A stretch of 64,000 nt of DNA from assembly GCF_000189555.1 (NCBI RefSeq), contig NC_017276.1; one strand, written 5' to 3'. A model generated the notes under the pieces. That model saw nothing but the letters and a program-made list of their open reading frames with translations. It ran no database searches and was not told where the DNA came from. Position 1 is the first letter of the stretch. The number at the start of each line of letters is the position of its first letter. Source of the stretch: Saccharolobus islandicus REY15A (lineage in GTDB: Archaea; Thermoproteota; Thermoprotei_A; Sulfolobales; Sulfolobaceae). Position numbers and translations under genes: made by a program. Positions 21,060 through 31,739 of this stretch are shown here, in pieces.

Positions 21060-22670
21060 TCAGCAGTGACTAGTAATAAACTCCACAGTCTCTTTTATCG
21101 AGTCAACATAATTTTCTATTTTTGCAAATCCATGTCCTTCATCTTTGTATATTTTATATTTAACTTCTCTACCTAACTTTTTAAGTTCTTCAACTACTTG
21201 CAAAGTTTCCTCAGCAGGACATCTTGGGTCATTTTCACCAGCTAAGAGAAGCAATGGGGCTTTAATCCTATCAACAAAGAATATAGGTGATCTATCTCTC
21301 AATAAGTTTTCGTCACTACCAACCTTTATTTCGTCATATTGTTGAAGTATTTCCCTCTCAAGCTTCTTTTCGGTAAACCAATTAACAAAAGGTACTACAG
21401 CTACAGCAGAGCACCAAAGATCTGGGAACTTAGTAATAGCCATCATAGTCAAATAACCACCATAACTTGCACCAGTTATTGCAATCTTTTTAACTCCTAA
21501 GACCTTCACTGAATTTATAACATCTAACAACTCACCTCCGCCTGGGTCTTTATCGTTCAAATGGTTAAACCTCCTTCCATAACCTATAGATCCTCTGTAA
21601 TTGGGACAAATAACCTTAAACCCTCTCTCCATAAAGAATTGAATTTCCGGGTTAAATGAGTTTACGCATTCCCAATCTGGGCCACCGTGAATATAAACTA
21701 TACCCTTATCCTCATCACCTTTTTCATAGAGTAAGGCGTAAATTCTAAGTCCATTAGAGTCATAAGAGACAACTTTAGGTTTTATAAAATCCCCTTTAAC
21801 ATAGTTCATTGAGTCAGTTAACCTCTCTACCTCTTTCCCATATCTGTATAGGTCTGCTGATCTATCATGTTTAGAGTTTACGTAATAAATATAATCTCCA
21901 TCAACCTTTAAGGAGTGTGTAAAGCCTTCATTAACTACTTCTTTTTCGTGAATTAAGACGAAGTTGCCGTGCCTATCCTCGACATAAGCGATAGAACCCT
22001 TATATGGAATAGCCTCGAATATTTCATAATCGCTTTCCCTTATTTTTCTGATCTCTTCCTTTAAAATATCAAACTCATAAACCTTAGATAAATCCTCGTG
22101 ATTTGAGAGGAAGATGAAGGATGAAGGAGAAGTAAAACAGTTCTCATTTGCAAGCTCTTGCTCTGAGTTTGGAATATTAATTACATGAATTTCATTACCA
22201 CTGAGATCTATCACGTGAATATTATTATCATAAATCCCAGTAGAGTAAACTATGTATTTGCCATTAAAACAGTAATTGTTTACTGGCCCTTCACCCTTAC
22301 TTAGCTTAATATATTTTCCTTCATTGTGAAGGTAAAGATGTAATGTCTTTTTATCATAGTTTGAGATTACTAGAATCCCTTCATTTGTCTCGCGAGGAGA
22401 GAAATTATCAAACTCATTATCAATAATTTTCTCTATCTTTCCGTGATCATAAAGGTAAATCTTCCTAATTTCACTACCGTTAGGGTCTACTGTGATAAAC
22501 ATTTTATTTCTATTTATCCAGTCTATTTTTTTGGCATATCCTTCTAGCTGGACTTTTTCCTTGTTGACGTAAAGGACGGGTTTTTCATCTCTTATAATTG
22601 TTGCTATTTTTCCGTTATATACATCATAATCGAGTACAGGTTTTATCTTAAATAAATCTTCATATTTCAT
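21060..22670 (-). CDS. S9-family serine peptidase (acylaminoacyl-peptidase-like)
   Basis: HGGP, PNYRGSIGYG, GASYGG nucleophile, GENDPRC Asp, DEGHGF His. Confidence 0.9.
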   Translation of the reverse strand: MKYEDLFKIKPVLDYDVYNGKIATIIRDEKPVLYVNKEKVQLEGYAKKIDWINRNKMFITVDPNGSEIRKIYLYDHGKIEKIIDNEFDNFSPRETNEGILVISNYDKKTLHLYLHNEGKYIKLSKGEGPVNNYCFNGKYIVYSTGIYDNNIHVIDLSGNEIHVINIPNSEQELANENCFTSPSSFIFLSNHEDLSKVYEFDILKEEIRKIRESDYEIFEAIPYKGSIAYVEDRHGNFVLIHEKEVVNEGFTHSLKVDGDYIYYVNSKHDRSADLYRYGKEVERLTDSMNYVKGDFIKPKVVSYDSNGLRIYALLYEKGDEDKGIVYIHGGPDWECVNSFNPEIQFFMERGFKVICPNYRGSIGYGRRFNHLNDKDPGGGELLDVINSVKVLGVKKIAITGASYGGYLTMMAITKFPDLWCSAVAVVPFVNWFTEKKLEREILQQYDEIKVGSDENLLRDRSPIFFVDRIKAPLLLLAGENDPRCPAEETLQVVEELKKLGREVKYKIYKDEGHGFAKIENYVDSIKETVEFITSHC

Positions 22671-22876
22671 AAATAATAAAAGAAGAGTGAAAATAAAAAG
22701 TTATTCAGATAGCTGGCTTTATATCACCAATCGTTCTCATTCAAGTTCATTATCAGAATATGATATAAACTCTCCCATATTAAATCATTATTATTTAGCC
22801 AATTATGGTTCAATACCCTTCCTTCCTATTGCATGCATACGGGATTTTGGTATAACAAGTTGATATTACTTATCAA

Positions 22877-24187
22877 GTGAACTACCACGCCCTAACGGAC
22901 GTGGCTTCCTGCTTCACAGCCGAGGCTTGCCAAAGGTAGAGGTCTCAGCTCCACAGGCACTAAGGGTCGTTCCGACCCCGATCTACTCAGAATATTAAGA
23001 GAAGCATTATAATCACGATCTACAGTCCAACCGCAGGAAGGACATACAAAAATACGATCAGCCAAAGTCAAGTCCTTCTTAACGTAACCGCACCTAGCAC
23101 AAATCATTGAAGTAAAAGCAGGATTAACAAAACGAATCTCCTTACCATACTTCCCAACTTGATACTCCATGATACTCCTAAGCTCATGAAAAGCAACATC
23201 GTGCAACCTCATCCTCAGCCTTCTGAGAGACTTACCAACAATTTGCTTAACATGAATATCCTCCATTACGAGAACATCATAATGCTCAGCAAAATACTTC
23301 CCCAGTTTCATGTACATATCCATCCTCAAGTTCTTCAAGTGCTCATAAGCCCTTGCAAGCTTAATCTTCGCCTTAAACCAGTTGTGTGACAAGAACTTCT
23401 TCCTTGAAAGAGCTTTATGAAGCCTCTTCATCTTGTTGAGTGCCTTCTCGTAAGGCCTCATGTTTGGCACGTATTCCCCATCAGAGGTAGTGAGAAGTTT
23501 CTCTACACCAACGTCCACAGCAACAACTTTGTTTGTCTTGGGGAGTTGAGGATACTCTTGATCCACAACGAAAGTGATGTACAATCTGCCTGAAGGTGCC
23601 AGCTTGACTACTACCCTCTCCACTTTTTCCAGTTGGAAATCCCTATGAACAACGACGTTGAAGATACCTAGGTTTGAAAGCTGAAGCGTCATTACCTTCT
23701 TCTTGCTTTTCGTCCTTATTTCTCTCACCTTCATGACTTTCCAACCTGACTGAGGGTAGACTAGTGAGTACCACTTGTGTGCTTTCTTTTCCTTGGGGAA
23801 GTGTGCTAACCCTTCGAAGAACCTCTGTCTAGCGTCGTAGAATCTGTCTGCGATCTGTTGTAGTGTTTGGGAATATAGATGTTGATATTGTTTATCCTGT
23901 TTTCTTAGATCGAGAGCTAGTTGTCTCAACTCCGTCTTAGTGAGTCCTTTTCCGTCTCTCTCATGAAAATAGATGTCTGCCCAACGTAGGGTGTTGTACA
24001 CTTCACACGCTAACCTCAATTGGGCTTTTAACGCCCTCAATGTTTGTTCGTCAGCGTAAGCTCTAAAGCGTAACCCTACGTCAGACATTAATAGAATATT
24101 TGAAAAAGAATTATTTAAATATAAGGGGGCTATCCATCCACTCCCTCACGGAAGGGGTCTTTCGCCCCCTTTGAACCCCTTGTTAAG
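22877..24187 (-). mobile_element. IS200/IS605-family element (ISC1316-like, tnpB only)
   Basis: Same end structures as the SMN1 copies (left GGGGCGAAAGACCCC hairpin, right GGTAGTTCAC); preceded by TTTAT; no tnpA. Confidence 0.85.
22892..24088 (-). CDS. tnpB: RNA-guided endonuclease TnpB
   Basis: RuvC residues AVDVG, VMED, DRDYNA; zinc finger CARC...CPSC; open frame. Confidence 0.95.
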   Translation of the reverse strand: MSDVGLRFRAYADEQTLRALKAQLRLACEVYNTLRWADIYFHERDGKGLTKTELRQLALDLRKQDKQYQHLYSQTLQQIADRFYDARQRFFEGLAHFPKEKKAHKWYSLVYPQSGWKVMKVREIRTKSKKKVMTLQLSNLGIFNVVVHRDFQLEKVERVVVKLAPSGRLYITFVVDQEYPQLPKTNKVVAVDVGVEKLLTTSDGEYVPNMRPYEKALNKMKRLHKALSRKKFLSHNWFKAKIKLARAYEHLKNLRMDMYMKLGKYFAEHYDVLVMEDIHVKQIVGKSLRRLRMRLHDVAFHELRSIMEYQVGKYGKEIRFVNPAFTSMICARCGYVKKDLTLADRIFVCPSCGWTVDRDYNASLNILSRSGSERPLVPVELRPLPLASLGCEAGSHVR

Positions 24188-24519
24188 ATAAATCTTGCCC
24201 TTTGAGGTCTGACAGAGCATATACTACTTACTAATGATTTTTAGAGTCAAGGGTAACTATCATAATATGAATTGGAAGTAAATATTTATCCTAAGTTTAT
24301 ACTTTTTTATAGCTTAAAGGACGACAATATCTTCGAGAGAGTGTCCCAAGCGCAAATAATTCAATAAATATAGTATGATAGAAAAACAATCTTATAATTA
24401 ATTAAGAATAAAATACAATTATATTTTTCAACATAACGTAAGATTAAGTTTATATTGTAATGGAAAATAATCAAGTATAGAGAAAAACAGAATTTCCAAT
24501 ATAGTCCACACTCCCTCGA

Positions 24520-25180
24520 TCAACTCACGCGTTACCAATTTAGTGGGCGAGTTGACTCTAGGGAACCCGCGAGAGCACTGAGATGGAGGAGTTATAGATC
24601 AATGCAACAACATAAACGAAAAGCTCCACCATATCCTTTTCAGTAGCGTAAGGCCTCGTGGCTACCAGTTATAGTTGTGGTAGTTAAAGGTGAAAAATAA
24701 TGGGAAAAAGTAAAAATAACCTCGGAAGGGGTAATACTATAAGGGAGAGTAATACCATGAAGGTAATGGAGGAAATAAGAGAGAAGGTAAGGAAGGCTAT
24801 ATTGTCCCTCAGCCAACTCGTCCAACCCTTCCCTCCCGAGCCAAGAGGCTTCTTGACGCTGCTGACAAGTATTGTTCCTTTCTCAACTTCCCTAGGGAGG
24901 TTAGACACTACCTCTATACCAACAATACGTCGGAGAGCTTCAACTCGATCCTAGCTAGGTTCGAGGAAGAGCTCGGAGGTTGCTTTCCCTCTCTTCGCTC
25001 CTTGGAGGTCTAACTCTACGTCACGATCCAGGAGAGCAACTCCCGATTGGAGTTCAAGCCGATATCGATGATAAGGCACCACTCATATTACCTCAAACAA
25101 CTCCACGCCTTGAGGTTTCAAGTGAACCTTGATGAAGACTTTTAACCTTCTGCTTACATACTTTCTTACACAACTATACC
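24520..25180 (+). mobile_element. IS256-family (mutator) transposase remnant
   Basis: Frameshifted pieces including FLNFPREVRHYLYTNNTSESFNS; boundaries approximate. Confidence 0.65.
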
Positions 25181-25184
25181 CGGT

Positions 25185-25292
25185 AGCTCAGTGTTTAGTT
25201 TAGGTTATGGAGTTTGTCAAGATTACATCCACGTTACTTTGGGATTACTCAGAGCATTAAGTATTCCAGCCAGATATGTCATGGGGGTGAGA
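25185..25292 (+). pseudogene. Transglutaminase-like domain fragment
   Basis: Manual translation [33 protein letters not shown], resembling the GVCQD...LLRALGIPARYV core. Confidence 0.7.
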
Positions 25293-25352
25293 TGAGGATA
25301 AGAGCTCAGCAAGAAAAACCGGAATAAGGGGCAGTAGGAAAAAGAAGATAGT

Positions 25353-27098
25353 TTAGATCTTATTCTTGGACTTTCGCATAATATTTCTCAAGTTAGATGT
25401 TTTCTCGTAGTTAACTTTGTTGTTTTCAATTACTACACCATAAACTTTTTGTGCTATCTCAGATGTGATATATTCATTTCTTACGTCTTGTAGAACTAGT
25501 TCTGGGTCTCTATCTAAAGGATCTCCCCAACCTCCTCCTCCAGCACTATGTAGACTTACCTTATCTCCATACTCTAATTTTATCGCTGCTACCTTTCTGA
25601 TAACTCTGGGTTTTTCTCCTTTCTTATAAACTATTGCATAGTTTGGAGGACCATTAAATCCTCCATTAATTCCCCAAGGTGGAAATTTAGATCTTCCTAT
25701 TGAGACTGTAAAGTATGCTTCTTTAGATAACACTACATAATCCTTAATAATTCCCAGGCCTCCTCTGTATTTTCCGTGACCTGGACCGTCTTCTGAATTT
25801 AGACTTTCTCTTTCAACTAAAATGGGCATTTTTCTTTCATAAACTTCTGCAGACGCTATATATGTTTCTCCATCACCGCTAGCTACTAGGGCGCTTTCCC
25901 CATCTTGATCATTACATCCTCCCCAACCACCTGGTTGAGGTTCCACGATTGCAAAGGGTTCACCAGTTTTTTCATCATATCCTCCTAAGATTGTAGCTAA
26001 TATTGATAAAAAGTGTCCCGCAGACAATTTATCCGGTACGTAGGGAGCTAATGCTTTCCATACTAAATCTGTTGCGTATGACATCGACTCCCAGTATGTT
26101 GATGTGGGAGCTGGTTTTCTGGGATTGAATATACTTCCCTCAAGTGCTATCACTTTTAGAGGTGAGAAAAATCCTGCATTAGGCAAAGCACGGGGATCCG
26201 TTATAGCCATGTACGTCTCTCTGACTGCAGAAACAGTCGCTGGTAAAGGTGAATTTATAGGCCCATTAACTTGATTAGAACTTCCAGTGAAGTCAACAAT
26301 GAATTCATCATCAGTTATGGTCACCTTTACCTTGACATAAACAGGATTATCCGAAATTCCATCATCATCAATATAATCTTCCGCTTCAAATTTACCTTTA
26401 GGTAATTTGGCTAGTTTTAACTTGCTTAATTTAACCCCATCTTCTATAAGCTTATCCATAGCCTCAAGTACGTTATCTAAACCATATTTTTCAATAAGCG
26501 TATTTATTCTTCTTGCTGCAATCTTCATGGAGGCAATCTGAGCTTCCATGTCCCCTAATGTAGCGTTAGGCATTCTAGAATTGGCAGATATTATATCAAC
26601 TACATCTCTATTGGGTTTTCCTCCAATGTATAATTTAATGTTTGGTAGTTGAAGTCCCTCTTGGAATATCTCCGTGGCATCTGAACTCCAACTGCCAAAA
26701 TGCATTCCCCCAATTTCGCTCCAATGTCCTTTATTTACTATGAATCCGACTAACGTATCCTTCGCAAACATAGGCATAATTAATGCAACATCATTGAGAT
26801 GCGTACCACCAGAGTATGGAATATTAGTAGCAATCACATCCCCTGGATTTATATCACTTTTCCATTTTTCTAGCACCTCTCTTATCGTAAAGTCTAAAAC
26901 CCCTGAAAACCCCGGAACTCCTGGAGCTTGTGCTACCAAGCCTCTCCCCTTAGCATCAGTTATTCCAACAGCGTAATCTAGTACCTCATATATAACTGGA
27001 CTTTTAGCAGTCCTTCCGAAGGCGTAGAACATCTCCTCAGACGCCACTACAAGACCATTTTTTATAATTTCTAATGTAAATGGATCCACCATGGTCAA
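25353..27098 (-). CDS. hyuB: Hydantoinase B / 5-oxoprolinase subunit
   Basis: DPFTLEII, NIPYSGGTHLND, NKGHWSEIGG, GKYRGGLG, SAGGGGWGDP. Confidence 0.9.
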   Translation of the reverse strand: MTMVDPFTLEIIKNGLVVASEEMFYAFGRTAKSPVIYEVLDYAVGITDAKGRGLVAQAPGVPGFSGVLDFTIREVLEKWKSDINPGDVIATNIPYSGGTHLNDVALIMPMFAKDTLVGFIVNKGHWSEIGGMHFGSWSSDATEIFQEGLQLPNIKLYIGGKPNRDVVDIISANSRMPNATLGDMEAQIASMKIAARRINTLIEKYGLDNVLEAMDKLIEDGVKLSKLKLAKLPKGKFEAEDYIDDDGISDNPVYVKVKVTITDDEFIVDFTGSSNQVNGPINSPLPATVSAVRETYMAITDPRALPNAGFFSPLKVIALEGSIFNPRKPAPTSTYWESMSYATDLVWKALAPYVPDKLSAGHFLSILATILGGYDEKTGEPFAIVEPQPGGWGGCNDQDGESALVASGDGETYIASAEVYERKMPILVERESLNSEDGPGHGKYRGGLGIIKDYVVLSKEAYFTVSIGRSKFPPWGINGGFNGPPNYAIVYKKGEKPRVIRKVAAIKLEYGDKVSLHSAGGGGWGDPLDRDPELVLQDVRNEYITSEIAQKVYGVVIENNKVNYEKTSNLRNIMRKSKNKI

Positions 27099-29146
27099 TC
27101 CCTCTCAATAATTAGATTGCCATAGCTATCTAGCATTCCCATTTGTCCCTCTAGTATTAACGATGTAGAAGTTGGATCTTCTATGATTGCTGGACCATCT
27201 ATTTGATAATTAATGGGCAAAAATTCTTTATTATATACGTTCCACTCCTCGTATTTCCCTTCATAGAATACTTTTCTTTTTCCGATTAACGCTTTGCTAA
27301 TATCTGAATTATTCCTTTCTATCTTCATTAATGGAATACTCTCAGCCTTAACTACACCACTCACGTGGAAGTTTACTATTTCAATTGGACTATCTAAAGT
27401 AAATGCGTAAGCGATTTCATGAGCCTCATGAAACCTTCTTTTTATCTCCTCAATTTCACCAGTTCCAATCTTTCCCGGCATTATATTCACTTTTACAGTG
27501 TGTTCTTGGCCGTAATATCTCATTTCGGCGTATCTTAGCATTACGATATCCTCCTCTTCGAATCCTTCCGATATTAATATAGATCTTATTTTGCTTTCTA
27601 ATTCATTAAATTTTTCATTTATCAGATCTATACTATTCTCCTTTTCAATCCTCAAAGGATAAGACAAGACAAGATCGTGTCTGATATCTGAAACAAGCAT
27701 ACCCCATGCAGAGAACACTCCTGCAGGGAGAAATGGTACTATTATCTTCTTTATATCTAATTCTTCTGCAACAAATGGGGCGAACATTGGACCAGAGCCA
27801 CCGTATGCTACTAACGTAAATTCCCTTGGATCGTATCCTCTTTGAACAGATATTAATCTAACTGCATTTACTGCATTATTATTAGCAATTTTAACTATAC
27901 CGTAGGAAACTTCTTCAATAGACATGTTGTAATATTTCGCAATATTTGAAATAGCTTCCTCGGCAAGTCTTTTATTAACCTTTATTTTCCCACCAAGTAG
28001 TTCCTCTTGATTTAGAAATCCGCAGACTATGTAAGCATCAGTCACGGTAATATCTTTACCTCCTTTTCCATAAGCCACTGGTCCCGGATAAGCACCAGCG
28101 GCTTTAGGTCCTACTTTTAAATTGTTTGTTTCATCAATCCAAGCAATGCTTGTTCCACCATTACCTATTTCAACTATATCCAATGTTGGGACTTTTACTG
28201 GATACCCTGGGTTGTACTTATCTCTTCCAATATAGTAATCAGTGTTTATATTAGGTTCTAGGTTTCTCACTAAACTTGCTTTGGTTGTAGTGCTTCCACC
28301 ATCCATTGCTATAATATCTTTCTCTCCTAATGCGTCACTTATCTTAATAGCTCCCATAACTCCTGCTACCGGACCGGATTCTAAGGTATATATTGGAAAT
28401 CTTTTAGCGTATTCAAATGTGGCCATACCTCCATTGGAAAGCATAGCAAAATAATTTCCTTTAAAACCTCTCCTTTTAAATTCGCTTTCCAACTTGCTCA
28501 AGTATCTATTCATTTTTGGCATGACGTATGCATTAAGTACGGCGGTACTAGTTCTCTCGTATTCTCTCCACTCTCTAGTGACCTCATGGGATAGTGTTAC
28601 CATAATACTAGAATCAATTCTCTTAATAATCTCTCCTGCCTTAAGTTCATGTATAGGATTAACGTAAGAATTAATAAAACCTACAGCAATAGCTTCTACG
28701 TTTTCCTCTTTTAGTTTTTTAATTGCCTCAACAACCTCGTTTTCGTTTATAGGCAGTAAAATATCACCATTGCTCTTTATCCTTTCACCAACCTCTAGCC
28801 TCAAATACCTTGGAACAAAGGGAATTGGCTTCTTATATCTGAAATTGTACATATCTCTTCTATTAGCCCTTTGGATTTCTAGAATATCTCTAAAACCCTT
28901 TGTTGTGATTAGACCTACCTTTGCTCCTTTCCTTTCTACTATTGTATTTATGGCTAGTGTCTGACCATGAATTATAGTATTTATATAGCCTAAATTTATT
29001 TTGGTCTCGTCTATCGCCTCAAGTACACCATTTGAAGGATCATCTGGCGTAGTCTCTACCTTTACCCAGCTTATTTCTCCATTTTCTTCGTTATAGACCA
29101 CTACGTCAGTAAAAGCACCTCCAATATCAATCCCCACTCTTGTCAT
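27095..29146 (-). CDS. hyuA: Hydantoinase A / 5-oxoprolinase subunit (ATP-binding)
   Basis: GIDIGGAFTD, REYERTSTAVLNAYV, ESGPVAG, MDGGSTT, GPKAAGAYPGP. Confidence 0.9.
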   Translation of the reverse strand: MTRVGIDIGGAFTDVVVYNEENGEISWVKVETTPDDPSNGVLEAIDETKINLGYINTIIHGQTLAINTIVERKGAKVGLITTKGFRDILEIQRANRRDMYNFRYKKPIPFVPRYLRLEVGERIKSNGDILLPINENEVVEAIKKLKEENVEAIAVGFINSYVNPIHELKAGEIIKRIDSSIMVTLSHEVTREWREYERTSTAVLNAYVMPKMNRYLSKLESEFKRRGFKGNYFAMLSNGGMATFEYAKRFPIYTLESGPVAGVMGAIKISDALGEKDIIAMDGGSTTTKASLVRNLEPNINTDYYIGRDKYNPGYPVKVPTLDIVEIGNGGTSIAWIDETNNLKVGPKAAGAYPGPVAYGKGGKDITVTDAYIVCGFLNQEELLGGKIKVNKRLAEEAISNIAKYYNMSIEEVSYGIVKIANNNAVNAVRLISVQRGYDPREFTLVAYGGSGPMFAPFVAEELDIKKIIVPFLPAGVFSAWGMLVSDIRHDLVLSYPLRIEKENSIDLINEKFNELESKIRSILISEGFEEEDIVMLRYAEMRYYGQEHTVKVNIMPGKIGTGEIEEIKRRFHEAHEIAYAFTLDSPIEIVNFHVSGVVKAESIPLMKIERNNSDISKALIGKRKVFYEGKYEEWNVYNKEFLPINYQIDGPAIIEDPTSTSLILEGQMGMLDSYGNLIIERD

Positions 29147-29341
29147 TGATTAAGTTGTATTGTTTTGAAAATATTAAGCAGTCTAATAATCCTCTGTGTC
29201 AACCGAATATTTTAAAAAGACTAGACAACACATAGTGATATCTTCTTAAATTACCATATATATTTATTATTAGACAATGATAGATCAGTCAAAAGAAAAT
29301 TATAAATAAGAGCTATTTTTATAAGTTTATTAAGTTAGGAA

Positions 29342-29821
29342 ATGTCTTGGGAAGAAGTATTTCGAAATTATCTTGATGATAAAGATATAAAGATTTTGAA
29401 ACTTTTAAATCAAGACGCAAATATCTCTGATGCTAAGCTTGCAAAATTAGTCGGTCTATCAAAGACCGCTGTGAGATTAAGAAGAGTAAAGATGCAAAAT
29501 TCTGGAATCTTAAAAATAGTTGGTGTAGTTGTGTTGCAAAACTTAGGTGTTCCGTATGCTGACCTTTTAGTAAAGTTAAAGAATGATATAATACTAAGAG
29601 AGCAGTTTATAAACAAACTCATTGCTGATGATCTAGTATATGAAGTAACGGAATATATGGGAGATTGGGATTTACTTATAAGATTATTTCATAACAATAT
29701 CACTAAGTTAAAGGATGAATCATTAAAAATTATCAGTGATAAAGCTGTTCAGGATTACAGAATTAGTTATGTAGTAAAAACTTATAAGGCATGGGGAAAA
29801 TCGATTCTTTCAAGTATATAA
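29342..29821 (+). CDS. Lrp/AsnC-family transcriptional regulator
   Basis: LDDKDIKILKLL...LAKLVGLSKTAVRLR HTH plus RAM-like C-terminus (GDWDLLIR). Confidence 0.85.
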   Translation: MSWEEVFRNYLDDKDIKILKLLNQDANISDAKLAKLVGLSKTAVRLRRVKMQNSGILKIVGVVVLQNLGVPYADLLVKLKNDIILREQFINKLIADDLVYEVTEYMGDWDLLIRLFHNNITKLKDESLKIISDKAVQDYRISYVVKTYKAWGKSILSSI

Positions 29822-29990
29822 ACCTTACTTGAAAACTCATAGTCTAATAGACTATCCTATTTTAGTTTTTTAAAATAGAGATAAAGGAATAGTCGACTGA
29901 ATAACAGCGTTAGTAATTGTTATTTTCTATTGAAACGATTTCTTCTAAACTATCATAATGTTTTTATTCTATATTTAAACATTAGAAAAT

Positions 29991-31352
29991 ATGACTGGAA
30001 AGGAAGAAATTAGCTCAAAATACGATGACTATTCACTAAAGGAAGTTCCGAAAGATTCCAGATACGGCTTCTTTAACGTTTTTCTAGTATTTTCATCTGT
30101 TTATGGTGCAATAGCTGTAATATGGGCTGGAGGAGCACTAGGTTACGGTCTCACATTTTCTCAAGCTATAATAGCAGTGTTGTCGGGGACAGTAGTATTA
30201 GGTATCTTAGGTTCATTGACTGCTGCTGTGGGAGCTTATAGTGGTCTTTCAACTTATGTTATGTGGAGACACCCCTTAGGAAGATGGGGAGGTAAAGTTG
30301 CTGGATTATTGCTGATAACTATAACTACGGGAATAGGATGGTATGCAGTCGAAACGTGGCTATTTGGTATAGTAATGAGTGAGATATTCCCAAATAATCC
30401 TTTCTTTTCTGTTGGAGTAGCTGCCATTTGGGGAGGAATTTTAATGACAATAATGACATATGTAGGCTATAGGATGCTGTCTTTCCTAAGCTACTTTACA
30501 ATTCCATTTCATATATGGCTGATAGCAATAGGAATAGCAATAGTGTTAGCACTTAAAGGTGGATTTCACACAGTTATGGCAGCAGTTCCAACAAGTCATA
30601 TGAGCTTACTTGATGGTATATCCGCTACCATAGGATTATATAGCGCTGGGACTATAATTTCTCCCGATATCTCCAGATTTGCCAAATCAGCGAAAGATGC
30701 TGGCTATGCATGGTTTGCTCATATAATTTTCCTATATCCATTCTTAATATTGGGAGGAGTAGCAATAGTGTTAGCAACTGGTTCCTATTTAATAACTAAC
30801 GCGATGCTAGAGTTAGGTATGGGAGTTGGTGTTTTATTAATTATAGTTTTCGGTCAATTTATAATAAATACTGACAATCTATATAGTGGTTCCTTATCAT
30901 TAGTTAACCTAATTCCAATGAGACGTGAAATCGCCTCCATAATTAACGGTGTCATAGGTACTGCAATTGCAGCATATGTTGGATTCTCTGCAGGTTCGTC
31001 GATAACTCCCTTTGAGAACTTTATCTCTTTGTTAGGAGACTTCTTACCTGCAATGGGAGGAATTGTACTAGCTGACTTTTACATTGTCAAGAAATACATT
31101 AATAAGATCCAAGATCCTCATAAACGGTATCAGTTCGTACCAAATAATAAGTATTATAATATAAATATTGCAGGAATATTAGCCTTAGCATTAGGTTCAA
31201 TAGTAGGTTACTTCGTAAATGCCGGTATACCAGCAATAAACTCCTTAGTTACCGGCTTCTTATCCTACATTATAATATATTACATTATCAACGCATTAGG
31301 TAAGAGTCCAGAAATACTGCCTTTCAATTACGAAGGAGGGATATTAAGATGA
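29991..31352 (+). CDS. NCS1-family purine/cytosine/hydantoin permease
   Basis: About 12 TM helices; DDYSLKEVP, PDISRFAK, NTDNLYSGSL. Confidence 0.85.
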   Translation: MTGKEEISSKYDDYSLKEVPKDSRYGFFNVFLVFSSVYGAIAVIWAGGALGYGLTFSQAIIAVLSGTVVLGILGSLTAAVGAYSGLSTYVMWRHPLGRWGGKVAGLLLITITTGIGWYAVETWLFGIVMSEIFPNNPFFSVGVAAIWGGILMTIMTYVGYRMLSFLSYFTIPFHIWLIAIGIAIVLALKGGFHTVMAAVPTSHMSLLDGISATIGLYSAGTIISPDISRFAKSAKDAGYAWFAHIIFLYPFLILGGVAIVLATGSYLITNAMLELGMGVGVLLIIVFGQFIINTDNLYSGSLSLVNLIPMRREIASIINGVIGTAIAAYVGFSAGSSITPFENFISLLGDFLPAMGGIVLADFYIVKKYINKIQDPHKRYQFVPNNKYYNINIAGILALALGSIVGYFVNAGIPAINSLVTGFLSYIIIYYIINALGKSPEILPFNYEGGILR

Positions 31353-31735
31353 ACTTATTTGATAACTATAAAATATTTACTATATCCAACGTTATAATGG
31401 GATTAGTGTTTAGTGCACTGTATTTCATTACAACTGGGTTTATACAATACTATAACTTAGTTTATGGTATCCTTACGTTAGGAATAGCCATATGGGGAAT
31501 TGGAAGATATTATTTCAAAAAGATAGAAGATGATAAAATAAGAGTAGGAGTTCAGACATCATGGCTAATAGTCTCTTTCGCTTTAGGTTACATATCAATA
31601 ATTTATGCCCCCGTTCTGTTCACTAGGTTAGAAATAATAATAATTGAATCCATTCTATCAATAATACAAATTTTGTGGGGTTCAGTCTTATTAGCAATTT
31701 CATATAGGAAAGGATATTCAGTCATAAAGGTGTAA
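31349..31735 (+). CDS. Small membrane protein
   Basis: Four hydrophobic helices; ATGA overlap with the permease. Confidence 0.65.
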   Translation: MNLFDNYKIFTISNVIMGLVFSALYFITTGFIQYYNLVYGILTLGIAIWGIGRYYFKKIEDDKIRVGVQTSWLIVSFALGYISIIYAPVLFTRLEIIIIESILSIIQILWGSVLLAISYRKGYSVIKV

Positions 31736-31739
31736 CTAA

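Noticed and set aside
21060-22670. S9 peptidase as the leader protease of the RiPP cluster
   Set aside because: About 6 kb away, separated by several IS elements and unrelated genes; the family is common housekeeping in Sulfolobales.
25177-25200. CCCGGTAGCTCAG resembles a tRNA 5' end
   Set aside because: No anticodon arm, T-loop or acceptor pairing follows; the sequence reads into the transglutaminase fragment.
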